From the NCBI GenBank assembly GCA_021735045.1, contig JAIPHU010000003.1:304-64303 (forward strand): a DNA stretch of 64,000 nt. The letters run 5' to 3'. Position numbers and translations under genes: made by a program. Below the pieces are notes generated by a model. The model was not told the origin of the DNA and made no database searches. It saw nothing but the letters and a program-made list of their open reading frames with translations. The stretch comes from Candidatus Omnitrophota bacterium (lineage in GTDB: Bacteria; Omnitrophota; Gorgyraeia; Duberdicusellales; 4484-171). The number at the start of each line of letters is the position of its first letter. Position 1 is the first letter of the stretch. This document shows positions 10,141 through 20,047 of the stretch, one piece after another.

Positions 10141-10947
10141 TCATTGTAGTTCTTTGATGCAGACTTTCAGCATAGAAGGTGTTACTTTATTTTTTCCCTG
10201 AACAAAACCTAAAAGCAAAACTCTTTCGCAAAGTAAATTTATTAATCTCGGAATCCCTTTTGAAAATTGATAGATAACCTGATAGCACTCAGGCTCAATC
10301 GCTACATCTTGGGCTTTAGCCGTATTCAGGCGGTATTCTATATAGTTTTTTATCTCTTCCTTGCGTAAAGGCAAAAGCCTGCATTTTATATTTATTCTTT
10401 GTTTTATCTGCCTAAGCTTAAACTCATTTAGCTTATCTTCTAACTCCGGCTGTCCAACTAATAAAATCTGGAGTAACTTCTCTTGAGAAGTTTCTAAGTT
10501 AGATAAAAGCCTGACTTGTTCAAGCTGTTTAGAAGTTAAATTTTGAGCTTCGTCAATCACCAACAAAGCATTCTTACCTGAAAAGGAAGTATCAACTAAA
10601 AAAGAGTTTAACTTTTTTACTAAATCAAACCGGTTTAACCTGGCCGGTTCAAGGCCGAAATCAGCTAAAATAGTTTTAAGCAGTTGAGTTTGACTGAATT
10701 GAGGAGAACTAAAAATTACTGAACTTTTTATATCTTTAGATAAATGATCAAGAAAAACCTTACACAGAGTGGTTTTTCCGGTTCCAACTTCGCCGATAAC
10801 CGCCATTAAGCCTTTCTTCTGAACCACCCCAAAATTAAGAGTAGATAAAACTTCCCTGTGGGTTGAGCTTTGATAAAAAAAGTTAGGATCTGCAGTAATA
10901 TTAAAGGGAGCAGTTTTTAGGCCATATAAGCTTAAATAGTTATTCAT
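10141..10947 (-). CDS. exeA: ExeA/GspA-like AAA ATPase (MshM-like)
   Basis: LYGLKTAPFNITADPNFFY N-terminus, GEVGTGKTTLCK Walker A, 268 aa. Confidence 0.75.
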   Translation of the reverse strand: MNNYLSLYGLKTAPFNITADPNFFYQSSTHREVLSTLNFGVVQKKGLMAVIGEVGTGKTTLCKVFLDHLSKDIKSSVIFSSPQFSQTQLLKTILADFGLEPARLNRFDLVKKLNSFLVDTSFSGKNALLVIDEAQNLTSKQLEQVRLLSNLETSQEKLLQILLVGQPELEDKLNEFKLRQIKQRINIKCRLLPLRKEEIKNYIEYRLNTAKAQDVAIEPECYQVIYQFSKGIPRLINLLCERVLLLGFVQGKNKVTPSMLKVCIKELQ

Positions 10948-10952
10948 AAAAC

Positions 10953-12497
10953 TTATTTTTTCTTTTCTTCTTGGTTAAATTTGCTAGTAACATTATCTGA
11001 TTCGATTAACTCAATAGAGTTAACTTCACCCGGCTCAATAACATGAGCAGTAATAAATATCAGTAGATCTATTTTTTCTATATCTTCAGTTTGTCGCTTA
11101 AAAAACCATCCTAGGATTGGTATTTTACTTAAAAAAGGTACGCCAATTTCTTCTTTTGATTTTACATCCTTAAGTAAACCCCCAATAATTATAGTTTCAC
11201 CATCCTGCATTAAAACTTGTGTTTCGGCCTCCCGGGTATTTATTATTGGATATTCAGCAAGAGTATCATCGTTAGCAGAAGAAATAGTTACAGTTTCACC
11301 TTTAGAGGTAACAGCTGGATGAACAATCATATTTATATAGTCATATTCCTGGCCGGATATTTGCGGTATTACATTAAGTTGAATTCCTATATCTTGATAA
11401 TACTCTAGGGATCCCCCAGTTACAGTATTAGTGTCTGTACTCACCTCTGTACTGACTATCGGATATTTTTCACCTACTAAAATTGATGCTTCCTGATTAT
11501 CTAAAGTCATAATTGTTGGCGCCGAAAGAGTATTGGTATAGGCATCATCTTTTACAGCTTTTAATACTGCTTCTAAATTAGTTCCAGTAAGTTTTTTAAA
11601 AGCAAAATTAAGGCCAGAAGCAGGAGTCAAATTCGTTGTAGCAGGATTAAACACAGAGGGAGTCTGTTCAAAAGGGTCTATGGACCCTGTTCCTGTGCCT
11701 GAACCTATATCAATCGCTGTCCCCTCATTTCCGGTAAACCATTGAAAACCAAAATCATCTAATAGATCCTCACTAACTTCCATAATCCGGGCTTTAATCA
11801 AAATCTGTCTTGGTTTTTTATCTATTAAATTCAGTAACTCTCCTATTTCAGCCAGTCTTTTCGCGATATCTGAAATCAACAAAACTTTTGTTTTAGCAAC
11901 TCTTTCTTCACCGGTCCTTTCTCTTTTAGTTACATCCGTACCAAACCTCCAGCCGGCTTGGCCGGTCATCTCTAAAACTGTAGCCCTACCTACCGGTGAA
12001 AGTAGAGGTTCCACTGCTTTTTTTGCATCGTTGGCATCAATATATTTTAAATTAAAAACTTCGGTTTGCGGCCGTTCAACTTCTTGCCGAGCCTGATCTC
12101 TTTTTTCCCGCTCGGTAATTTTTTCAGTAGTATCAACAACTATAGTATTTTCCCCGATCCACTCATAACTATAGTCATAAGGCCTAATTACTACTTCTAA
12201 AGCAGTCAACCAATCTATATCTTCTAGGTCCACTGTAACAGTTCCTTGAACCTCAGGGCTTGTAGTAATATTAACTTTCTTCCCCTTTTCATAGGCTTTT
12301 TGGGCAATCGAACGAATCACGGTTTTTATATTTGCATCTTTAAACTTAAGAGCTTCGATGCTACTTTCTTGATTATTTATTTGATCGTTTTGGGCAAATA
12401 ATACCCCAAAATCGTTTCCCGTTGATAAAAAATTAAAAAATAGAAAAAAAGTTAAAATTAAAAATAACTTCATAAATTTATTAAAATTTATCTTCAT
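10953..12497 (-). CDS. pilQ: Type IV pilus secretin
   Basis: C-terminal secretin signature IGGLLKD...GVPFLSKIPILGWFFK, N-terminal signal peptide, 514 aa. Confidence 0.8.
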   Translation of the reverse strand: MKINFNKFMKLFLILTFFLFFNFLSTGNDFGVLFAQNDQINNQESSIEALKFKDANIKTVIRSIAQKAYEKGKKVNITTSPEVQGTVTVDLEDIDWLTALEVVIRPYDYSYEWIGENTIVVDTTEKITEREKRDQARQEVERPQTEVFNLKYIDANDAKKAVEPLLSPVGRATVLEMTGQAGWRFGTDVTKRERTGEERVAKTKVLLISDIAKRLAEIGELLNLIDKKPRQILIKARIMEVSEDLLDDFGFQWFTGNEGTAIDIGSGTGTGSIDPFEQTPSVFNPATTNLTPASGLNFAFKKLTGTNLEAVLKAVKDDAYTNTLSAPTIMTLDNQEASILVGEKYPIVSTEVSTDTNTVTGGSLEYYQDIGIQLNVIPQISGQEYDYINMIVHPAVTSKGETVTISSANDDTLAEYPIINTREAETQVLMQDGETIIIGGLLKDVKSKEEIGVPFLSKIPILGWFFKRQTEDIEKIDLLIFITAHVIEPGEVNSIELIESDNVTSKFNQEEKKK

Positions 12498-12853
12498 TCT
12501 TCAACCTCCAAATTTAAACTATGCTTTTTATTGCCTTTTTCTAAAATTATTTCTTTTGGCCTAATCTCTAATATAGTATATTCTCCTATCTTTTCTCCTG
12601 TTTTTAAAATTTCTCCATTTATAGCTACAACTGGATTTTTTTTAGAGTAAATTATTCCTTCTAAAGATAAATTAGCTATATTCACCTTTTTGGGGATTAA
12701 AATCTTGCCATAAGGATCAACCAAAGGGTGAAAAGGATTTCTTTGTTTATTTGAATAAGAATAGTCTTTATTGTAAGCAAATGATAAAGAACTTAATAAA
12801 CAAAGAAAAACAAAATATAAACTTATTTTTATTGCTTTTTGCCTAAACCACAT
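12494..12853 (-). CDS. pilP: Type IV pilus assembly protein PilP-like
   Basis: 119 aa, signal/lipoprotein-like N-terminus, LEGIIYSKKNPVVAINGEILKTGEKI motif. Position between pilO and pilQ. Confidence 0.55.
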   Translation of the reverse strand: MWFRQKAIKISLYFVFLCLLSSLSFAYNKDYSYSNKQRNPFHPLVDPYGKILIPKKVNIANLSLEGIIYSKKNPVVAINGEILKTGEKIGEYTILEIRPKEIILEKGNKKHSLNLEVEE

Positions 12854-13359
12854 AATAACATATTAATTTTATTGGGCCGATAACCGGTTATAGTTAACTC
12901 TTTTACCTCAAAAAAATAATCACTTTTTTGCAAAAAATTTAAAAAATTACCCAGATCATGAAAACTACCTTCAGCCTCGATCCTAAAAGGGATATAGTTA
13001 AACTTTTTGTTTTCAGTTGAAAAAGGGTCCAAGGGAGTGATTGCTTTAACTTTAACCCCGTAGTTCTGGCTACTTTTGGAAATAAATGAAATCAGCTTAG
13101 ATTCATGCCCAGAAGATACAATTTTATTTTTATTTTTCTTTATTTTATCTTCTAAGTTACTTATTTTAGTTAAATAATCTGATTTTCTAGACCACTCTGT
13201 CTTAGTTGTTTCAATTTTTTGTTTTAAGCTGTTTGCTCCTTTAGCCATCTTTGAAATTCTACTAATTTGCCAAGGCAAAAGTATAAATAACTCAACTATT
13301 AAAACTAACGCTAGACTGATAAAGATAACCAACTGTTTATCTAATTTTATTTTTTGCAT
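12829..13359 (-). CDS. pilO: Type IV pilus assembly protein PilO-like
   Basis: 176 aa, single TM plus coiled coil, operon position. Confidence 0.5.
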   Translation of the reverse strand: MQKIKLDKQLVIFISLALVLIVELFILLPWQISRISKMAKGANSLKQKIETTKTEWSRKSDYLTKISNLEDKIKKNKNKIVSSGHESKLISFISKSSQNYGVKVKAITPLDPFSTENKKFNYIPFRIEAEGSFHDLGNFLNFLQKSDYFFEVKELTITGYRPNKINMLLCGLGKKQ

Positions 13360-13910
13360 TTTATAATAAATTGAGTAACTTCTACCCCGTTAAAATTTGT
13401 TCTTTTAGTATCTTTGATATCTATAGTTTTAAATTCTTTTGAAAAACTTTCATTTTCTTGTAAATTATTAATAAAGTCCTCCAAAGACGCCAAAGAATCT
13501 TTATCCCATTTTAGGATATAACCCTCAAACTCAACTGCTTTTTGCTCAAAATTTATATTTTTAAACCAAATATTTTTAGGTAGAGCAGAAAACATACTGT
13601 TTAATAACATCACTCCTGTATACTCGGGGATTAAAACATCTTTTATTCTGTTAAACTCTCGCTGTAAACTGGACAAATCCCGTTTAATATCAGCTAATTG
13701 GTTGCTCTTCGGTTCCCACTTTTTCCATATCTTTTTATAGCCATTATATTTAGCAGCTTTTGTCAAAGAAAACAAGCCTATGCCAGAAACCAGCAAAGCA
13801 AAAAATACAACTAAAAGAATCAATAAAGGAATGTAGTCTAAAACTTTCCCCAAACCCTGGCCAAAAACAGCTGGTTTTCTAGGATTTAAATTTATCTTTA
13901 ATTTTTTCAT
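13347..13910 (-). CDS. pilN: Type IV pilus assembly protein PilN-like
   Basis: 187 aa, N-terminal TM, operon position after pilM. Confidence 0.5.
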   Translation of the reverse strand: MKKLKINLNPRKPAVFGQGLGKVLDYIPLLILLVVFFALLVSGIGLFSLTKAAKYNGYKKIWKKWEPKSNQLADIKRDLSSLQREFNRIKDVLIPEYTGVMLLNSMFSALPKNIWFKNINFEQKAVEFEGYILKWDKDSLASLEDFINNLQENESFSKEFKTIDIKDTKRTNFNGVEVTQFIIKCKK

Positions 13911-13914
13911 ACCT

Positions 13915-14934
13915 TTACAGCACTAAACCAAAAGTTACTGCCAAATTATGCCTATAATTTTTATATTTTTCCTGAGAAAAATTTTCGCTAAAATTTAAAC
14001 TATTTGATTCATCGGGTATTAAAATTTCTGAATCAATTTCTAAATTTTCAGAAAAAATATCAGCAATATTAGGAATCGCCGCTAACCCACCTGTTATATA
14101 TAGCTTATCTAAACTTTTGCCTTTGTTTAATTCAAAGAAATCAAACGAATGTTTAATTTCTTTGCACCAATCTGAAATATTTTCTTCTAAAATAGTAAAC
14201 AAATCGTTTTTTTTGTTTATTTTAGACAAAACGTCTATGGCTTCTTTTTCTGATATATTTTTTATTCTAGTTATGATTTCAACTAAATCTTTTGTGCTAA
14301 ATTTTACTTCGCGGCTGAAAAAGGGTAAACCTTCTTCTAAAATATTCATTGTTGAAAAACTATGCCCGATATCTAAAATACAACTATTTATTTTGCTACT
14401 TTCTGGATATTTATCTAGGTAAAGATTTATCAACGAAATACTATCTAGAGTAATTTCGGAAATAGAAAACCCTTTTTTAGCAAAAGATTTCAAAATTAAA
14501 TCAATATGCTTTTTTTTAGCTACAGCTAACAATATTTGATTTTGTGATGAGTTAAGTTGTTTCAATATTATATAATCAAAATAGACTTCATCGGGTGAGT
14601 AAGGGATAAGCTTATTTAATTGATAATATAAAGCCTCTTTCAACTTTCTTTTTTCAGTTTTAGGGAAAGAAAAGTAACGAACTAAACAATCTGGGCTTTT
14701 AAGAGATATCTTAACTTTTTTGGTTGGGATATTTTTATCTACTTTTAACTCTTCAATAGCTTCAGGAAGGTCTTTTTTGATTTTAATAAAACAGTCGGTA
14801 ATCTGGCCAGATTTAACTACTATTCCTTTTATAAAATAACTACCAATATTAACTGCAGTAAATGTCTCGGCCTTTCTTTTAATTAAACCTTTTTCAACTA
14901 GTTTGGAGGCTTTTTTTTGTATATTTTTGAGCAT
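13915..14934 (-). CDS. pilM: Type IV pilus assembly ATPase-like protein PilM (actin fold)
   Basis: 339 aa, first gene of the pilMNOPQ-order operon. YITGGLAAIPNI resembles the PilM/FtsA family. Confidence 0.6.
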   Translation of the reverse strand: MLKNIQKKASKLVEKGLIKRKAETFTAVNIGSYFIKGIVVKSGQITDCFIKIKKDLPEAIEELKVDKNIPTKKVKISLKSPDCLVRYFSFPKTEKRKLKEALYYQLNKLIPYSPDEVYFDYIILKQLNSSQNQILLAVAKKKHIDLILKSFAKKGFSISEITLDSISLINLYLDKYPESSKINSCILDIGHSFSTMNILEEGLPFFSREVKFSTKDLVEIITRIKNISEKEAIDVLSKINKKNDLFTILEENISDWCKEIKHSFDFFELNKGKSLDKLYITGGLAAIPNIADIFSENLEIDSEILIPDESNSLNFSENFSQEKYKNYRHNLAVTFGLVL

Positions 14935-15136
14935 TTTTAACTATTATTTTGGATTTATGTTTTTTTTATAGATAAGATACAACTACATAAACATAATAAA
15001 ACAGTTTATCTTGCTTGTCAATCTAATAGATAGTTAATTGATTTATTTTCTCCTTTGTGATAAAGTTTACTCTGTAGAATAATTTTGCTGCTTTTTAAAT
15101 TGAAGGCAAAATTGCCGCTTTGCGACATTCCACAGG

Positions 15137-16270
15137 GTGAATATGAAAAAAAATGAATATTTTATCTATTTAAACCAAAAAGAAAATGATCAAGCAGCAA
15201 AGGAAACTTCCTTAGAGATAAAAGCAAGATTTAAAAACAACCCTGACTTTATTTTTATTCTTTTTACCCCCGGATACAATCCTAAAAAACTATCTCAAGT
15301 TTTTAATTTAACTTTAAAAAACCCTAATTTATTTGCGATTCAAGCCCCTCTTCTAATATATAAAGACAAAATTATCGAAAAAGGGCTAATCAGTTGTTGC
15401 CTGAACAAAAAAGATGCAAAAATTAAGAGTTTATTTATTGGTTCTCAAAATTCAGAGAAAATTGAATATATTTTAAAGAAATATTTTAGAGAAATCAGAA
15501 GAAAAAATATAAAATTTATTTCTTTCATCTCATCCCAAATGAACTCTTTGTCTTTTTTAAAAGGCATAAGATTTTCTTTGGGAAAATTAATTAACTTCTC
15601 CGGAGCAGGATATAAAAATAAATATTCTTCCCAAGAAAACTTCATATTAAACAAAGGAATAGGCAATGGCTTAGTAAGCTTGATCTTAAATGGCATCAGT
15701 ACCAACACTCTCTATTTACAAAATTTTATCCCTTTTGGTAAGCCTTTTAACATAACTAGGCTTAATCCAAAACAACAAATAATTTATGAAATAAACAATA
15801 AACCTGCTGTAGAAATCTATAAATACTATTTCGAGGAAAAATTTAATAATTTTATCAAAAATCGCCTTTTTCCCTATTACCCATTAGGAATATTTACTAA
15901 AAATTATTTCCGCTTATTGACAATAATTGATATACTGGAAGATGGTTCTTTTTTATTTAAAGGAAATTTAAGAGATAAAACTCAAGGAAATCTAATGACT
16001 TTAAGAGACGCATACCCAAAAAAAGATCTCAGAAAAAAACTAGAAAAATCAGAAAAAAACGATGCCGGAATTGTTTTTATGGTTAATTCTTTAGAAAGAC
16101 AAAAAATACTGGGTAAAAAGGCAGAAAAAGAAATTGAAAATATACAAAATATATATTCGCCAAAAAAAGAAATTATTGGTATTTACTCTGATTACTATCT
16201 TTTCCCTGACGAAGAAACTCAAGATATCAATATAGAAAGCGGAGGATTATTATTAAATGTTTGGGAATAA
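15137..16270 (+). CDS. FIST-domain-like sensor protein (alternative ATG start at 15143)
   Basis: 377 aa. C-terminal IIGIYSDYYLFPDEE resembles the FIST_C GFYTYGEI motif. Stop overlaps the histidine kinase start. The track start is GTG. Confidence 0.35.
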   Translation: MNMKKNEYFIYLNQKENDQAAKETSLEIKARFKNNPDFIFILFTPGYNPKKLSQVFNLTLKNPNLFAIQAPLLIYKDKIIEKGLISCCLNKKDAKIKSLFIGSQNSEKIEYILKKYFREIRRKNIKFISFISSQMNSLSFLKGIRFSLGKLINFSGAGYKNKYSSQENFILNKGIGNGLVSLILNGISTNTLYLQNFIPFGKPFNITRLNPKQQIIYEINNKPAVEIYKYYFEEKFNNFIKNRLFPYYPLGIFTKNYFRLLTIIDILEDGSFLFKGNLRDKTQGNLMTLRDAYPKKDLRKKLEKSEKNDAGIVFMVNSLERQKILGKKAEKEIENIQNIYSPKKEIIGIYSDYYLFPDEETQDINIESGGLLLNVWE

Positions 16271-17747
16271 CCCAATTTTACTATCTGAACTTTTAAATGT
16301 TTCTTCTAAAAGTGTATTAGGTATCGGCTCCTTTTTTGTACTATTAATTGTTTTTATCTACATTTTAAAAAAAACACAAACTATATCCGATCTAAAAGAA
16401 GAAAACCATAACTTAAGCAGCACTTTAGAAAAATTAGACCAACAAGCAAAAATAATCTTAAAAAGCGATATGGACGTAAAACTTTATCAACAAGAAATAA
16501 AAGATAGAGGTAATAAACTTAATCTTTTAAGAAGATTTATCTCAACCAGCCTCCCTATACTTAGCAAAAATCAACTATTTTCAAAAATAGATAATCTTTT
16601 AATAGAAAAATTTGGTTTCAAAAAAGGCTTGCTGTTAGATTTTGATAGCCTGGAACAACTCTACAAAAATAATTTTGATCCTGTCGAAACTCAAGCAATA
16701 GTTAATATTCTTTTAAAAAATAAATCTTATCTTAAAGAGAAAAAAATATTAACTTCTGAATCTGAAATTTGCAAAACGCTTTCTTTTAAATTACATACAA
16801 AAAACATACTTATTTGTCCTATCAAAACTAAAAATAAAATTTATAATATTTTTATTGTAGCTGGTTTAATTTCTTCTGAATCCATTAAAGAATCTACAAA
16901 AGAAGCTTTTTTAATACTTTGTATGTATTTAGCTAAATGCTTAGATAATATAGACCTCTTTGAGCAAATTTATCAAACTAAAGAAAGTTTGGAAAAAAAG
17001 ATAAAAAATAGAACTAAAGAATTAGCAAAAAGCTTAAAAACGGTAGAAACAATTAGTAAAACAAAATCAGATTTTATTTCAAATGTTTCTCACGAACTAA
17101 GAACACCTCTTACTTCTGTTAAAGGATTTTCTTCTCTTCTAGCTGATGAAAAGTTTGGTAAATTACCTCAAGAGGCTAGCAAAAGGCTTAAAAAAATAGT
17201 TGAAAACGTCGACAAACTTATGGATATAGTTAATACACTTTTAGACATTTCCCGTATTGAATCCGGAAAAATAGAAATAAACATAACTCTTTACGATATT
17301 GTCCCTTTAATTAAAAATATTGCTGACTTTTTTGAACCTCAAAGCAATGAAAAAAATATAGCCATTGATATAGATACTCCTGAAACTTTTAATGTTTATA
17401 TGGATAAAAATTTAATTGAAAGAGTCTTGACTAACCTTGTTAATAATGCTATTAAATTTACACCTGAAGGAGGTAAAATAAAAATTTCCTGCAAAGAAAA
17501 AGAAGAAAAAGCTTTAATATCTATAGCTGATACAGGATTTGGTATATCTAAAGAAAATTTGGATAAAATATTTCAAGAATTTTATCGAATAAAAGATGTA
17601 GAAAAAAAATCTATAAAAGGAAGTGGGTTAGGGCTTTCTCTAGTAAAAAAAATAATTGATAGCCACAAACAAAAAATATGGGTTGAATCAGAACTAAACA
17701 AAGGAACTACTTTTTACTTTACTTTAGAAAGGGGAAAAAATGAATAA
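16257..17747 (+). CDS. Sensor histidine kinase
   Basis: N-terminal TM. HisKA box SHELRTPLTSV. HATPase_c N, G1 and G2 boxes (NLVNNAIKF, DTGFGI, GSGLGLSLVKKII). Confidence 0.85.
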   Translation: MFGNNPILLSELLNVSSKSVLGIGSFFVLLIVFIYILKKTQTISDLKEENHNLSSTLEKLDQQAKIILKSDMDVKLYQQEIKDRGNKLNLLRRFISTSLPILSKNQLFSKIDNLLIEKFGFKKGLLLDFDSLEQLYKNNFDPVETQAIVNILLKNKSYLKEKKILTSESEICKTLSFKLHTKNILICPIKTKNKIYNIFIVAGLISSESIKESTKEAFLILCMYLAKCLDNIDLFEQIYQTKESLEKKIKNRTKELAKSLKTVETISKTKSDFISNVSHELRTPLTSVKGFSSLLADEKFGKLPQEASKRLKKIVENVDKLMDIVNTLLDISRIESGKIEINITLYDIVPLIKNIADFFEPQSNEKNIAIDIDTPETFNVYMDKNLIERVLTNLVNNAIKFTPEGGKIKISCKEKEEKALISIADTGFGISKENLDKIFQEFYRIKDVEKKSIKGSGLGLSLVKKIIDSHKQKIWVESELNKGTTFYFTLERGKNE

Positions 17748-18669
17748 ATTAAAAATATTGGCTGTAGACGATGACCTAGATATATTAGATTTAATAAAAG
17801 CTACTTTAGAAAGTGAGTTTGAAGTTCAAACAGTTGACACTGGCAACGAAGCCTTAACTAGATTAAAAGAAATTACACCTGATTTAGTTATTTTGGACTA
17901 TATGTTACCAGATATAAACGGAGACCAGATTTGTAAAAAAATAAGACAAGATGCTTTGCTTATGAACTTACCTGTTCTTATGCTTACCGGAAAGGGAGAA
18001 GTTGAAGACAAAGTCAAAGGATTAGAAGCTGGCGCTGACGACTATATGACTAAACCATTTCTGCCGCAAGAGTTAATCGCAAGAATCAGAATGTTAATCA
18101 GAAGATCCAGCCTAAACCTTGATGCTAACCCTTTGACTAGACTACCGGGAAATATTTCCATAAATAAAGAACTAGAAAGTAAATTAAAGCTTGAAGAAAA
18201 CTTTGCTGTTCTTTATATTGACATAGATAACTTTAAAGTATTAAATGATTATTATGGTTTTGGTAAAGGAGATGAAGTAATTAAAAAAACTTCCCAAATA
18301 CTTGTCGAAGCTATCCAAGAAAAAGGCCAAACCAAAGACTTTATTGGCCATATCGGAGGAGATGACTTTGTGGTAATAACTTCTATAAAAAAAGCAGAAA
18401 TAATATCGCAAGGTATACTTTCGAAATTTGATAATTTTTCTCCAAACTTTTTTGCTTCAGAAGATAGAAAAAAAGGCTATATTGAAGCAAAAAGTAGAGA
18501 TGGGCAAACAGCTAAATTTGGGTTTCCTACTATTTCAATAGGCATAATCACCAATGAAAACAAAAAATTTGATCATGTAGCTCAGATAGGTTCTCGTGGT
18601 GCAGAGTTAAAAAATCTAGCTAAAAAATTCCCCGAAAGCAAATATATCTTCGATCGCCGCACAAGTTAA
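17740..18669 (+). CDS. Response regulator receiver fused to GGDEF-type domain (motif GGDDF)
   Basis: REC with D at ILDYMLPD. Linker DANPLTRLPGN. GGDEF-domain core HIGGDDFVV. Overlaps the histidine kinase stop. Confidence 0.75.
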   Translation: MNKLKILAVDDDLDILDLIKATLESEFEVQTVDTGNEALTRLKEITPDLVILDYMLPDINGDQICKKIRQDALLMNLPVLMLTGKGEVEDKVKGLEAGADDYMTKPFLPQELIARIRMLIRRSSLNLDANPLTRLPGNISINKELESKLKLEENFAVLYIDIDNFKVLNDYYGFGKGDEVIKKTSQILVEAIQEKGQTKDFIGHIGGDDFVVITSIKKAEIISQGILSKFDNFSPNFFASEDRKKGYIEAKSRDGQTAKFGFPTISIGIITNENKKFDHVAQIGSRGAELKNLAKKFPESKYIFDRRTS

Positions 18670-18752
18670 TGCGAGAGAGGGGACTTGAACCCCTACGGTA
18701 TCTCTACCACTAGCCCCTCAAGCTAGCGCGTCTGCCATTCCGCCACCCTCGC
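18670..18752 (-). tRNA. tRNA-Leu (anticodon GAG)
   Basis: Reverse-complement GCGAGGGTGGCGGAATGGCAGACGCGCTAGCTTGAGGGGCTAGTGGTAGAGATACCGTAGGGGTTCAAGTCCCCTCTCTCGCA. Long variable arm, T-arm GGTTCAAGTCC. Confidence 0.8.
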
Positions 18753-18814
18753 ATAAAATCTAATTTTAATCTTTTAAAATCTAATTTTGTAAAAATAATA
18801 AAAATAACGGTAAG

Positions 18815-19801
18815 TTAATGAGTGCCTTTGCCTTTACCTTTATCTCGGAATAAATCGAGAAATCTATCTTCGTATTCTTTGTAGGCATTCCAGTCATCAA
18901 GTTCTTTTTTTAATTCACTTGCAGCTGTTATATCTTTTTTTGCTTTTTTAAAAAGCTCTTCAATTTTACCTCTAGCTGATTGAGGCACTTTGGTGTATGC
19001 TGCTAAATCTTTTTTAATACTTTTTACATCTTCTTCGCTCAAAGGGCTAGGGCCTTCTTGTTTTGCTTCTCCCTTTAAATAGCTGATAAGCTTATCTATT
19101 TCCTTTTCGATAAATTTAGCCCTTTTCCAGACAGAAGAAATATCAAGTTTAATCCGTAAAAAATTGACAAGTAAATCCAAAATAATAGCTGTAGCTCTAG
19201 GATTTTCAATTTGGGCTGTATAAAAAGGAATTTCAGCTAAAACACAAGCTCCTTTAAGCCCTTCGTCTTTGGCTACACCTAAAAGTATTCCATTTAATCC
19301 ACTAATTTGGCCTTTTTTTAACACTTTTGTTTTAGCTTTTTCAAACTGTTTAATAACAGAAGGATGGGTTGCGGCTAACCATAATGATAAATCGTGCTTA
19401 TGATCAATCGATTCTGGTTTAGCAGCAAAAGTAATAGTCAGTTTTGGGCTGTATCTTTTTATGAACTTAATTATAATTTTTGAAAGTTCTTCTGCATGCT
19501 CAAGAGGAGGTTGAGCTTGTCCCAAAAAAAGAATTATATCCGGGCCTTCCTTACCTTTATAATAATAAAATAACCCTGCCGGCGGCTTAGGTATATTTGC
19601 GATTCCCGCCTTAACACTTACTGCTGCTGGCTTAAAAAAGAACTCGGCACGAAGCTTTGCAAACATTTTAAAGTTCATGGCCTCTTTTAAAAATAACGCG
19701 CTTCGATAAGCCACCTCGCCCATACCAGGCCAAGCGGCAATAAAGATTGGTTTTTTTAGTTTTGGATTAGATAACTGTTTAATCATTTTTAAATTCTTCA
19801 T
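18815..19801 (-). CDS. PAC2-family protein (ATP-grasp-like, COG1938)
   Basis: IFIAAWPGMGEVA N-terminal motif typical of the PAC2 family. 328 aa with C-terminal coiled-coil tail. Confidence 0.5.
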   Translation of the reverse strand: MKNLKMIKQLSNPKLKKPIFIAAWPGMGEVAYRSALFLKEAMNFKMFAKLRAEFFFKPAAVSVKAGIANIPKPPAGLFYYYKGKEGPDIILFLGQAQPPLEHAEELSKIIIKFIKRYSPKLTITFAAKPESIDHKHDLSLWLAATHPSVIKQFEKAKTKVLKKGQISGLNGILLGVAKDEGLKGACVLAEIPFYTAQIENPRATAIILDLLVNFLRIKLDISSVWKRAKFIEKEIDKLISYLKGEAKQEGPSPLSEEDVKSIKKDLAAYTKVPQSARGKIEELFKKAKKDITAASELKKELDDWNAYKEYEDRFLDLFRDKGKGKGTH

Positions 19802-19987
19802 GTTTTCTATTATAATCTATTAAAATAAAACCCCACCATAGGTCCGCTAGAGGTGGCGCTATCAGTCCTTTTCTCACACAAGTGGGCACCGCATTTTAAA
19901 CTTTTGTCTAAAAAATATTGGCTCCCTTAAAATTAATGTTGGCTGTAGCGCTAATACCCCCAAACGAGACAGGCAGGGTACTTATCA

Positions 19988-20016
19988 ATTATAACACTCT
20001 CTCTTTTTAGTTTCAA
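19988..20016 (-). promoter_or_regulatory. Near-consensus sigma70 promoter (TTGAAA-17-TATAAT) driving a ~180-nt leader ahead of the PAC2 gene
   Basis: Minus strand reads TTGAAA ctaaaaagagagagtgt TATAAT. Predicted TSS near 19981. The downstream leader is GC-richer than its surroundings. Confidence 0.45.
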
Positions 20017-20047
20017 GTAGGGGTAGCTTTTATAGCCGCTTTTCTGC

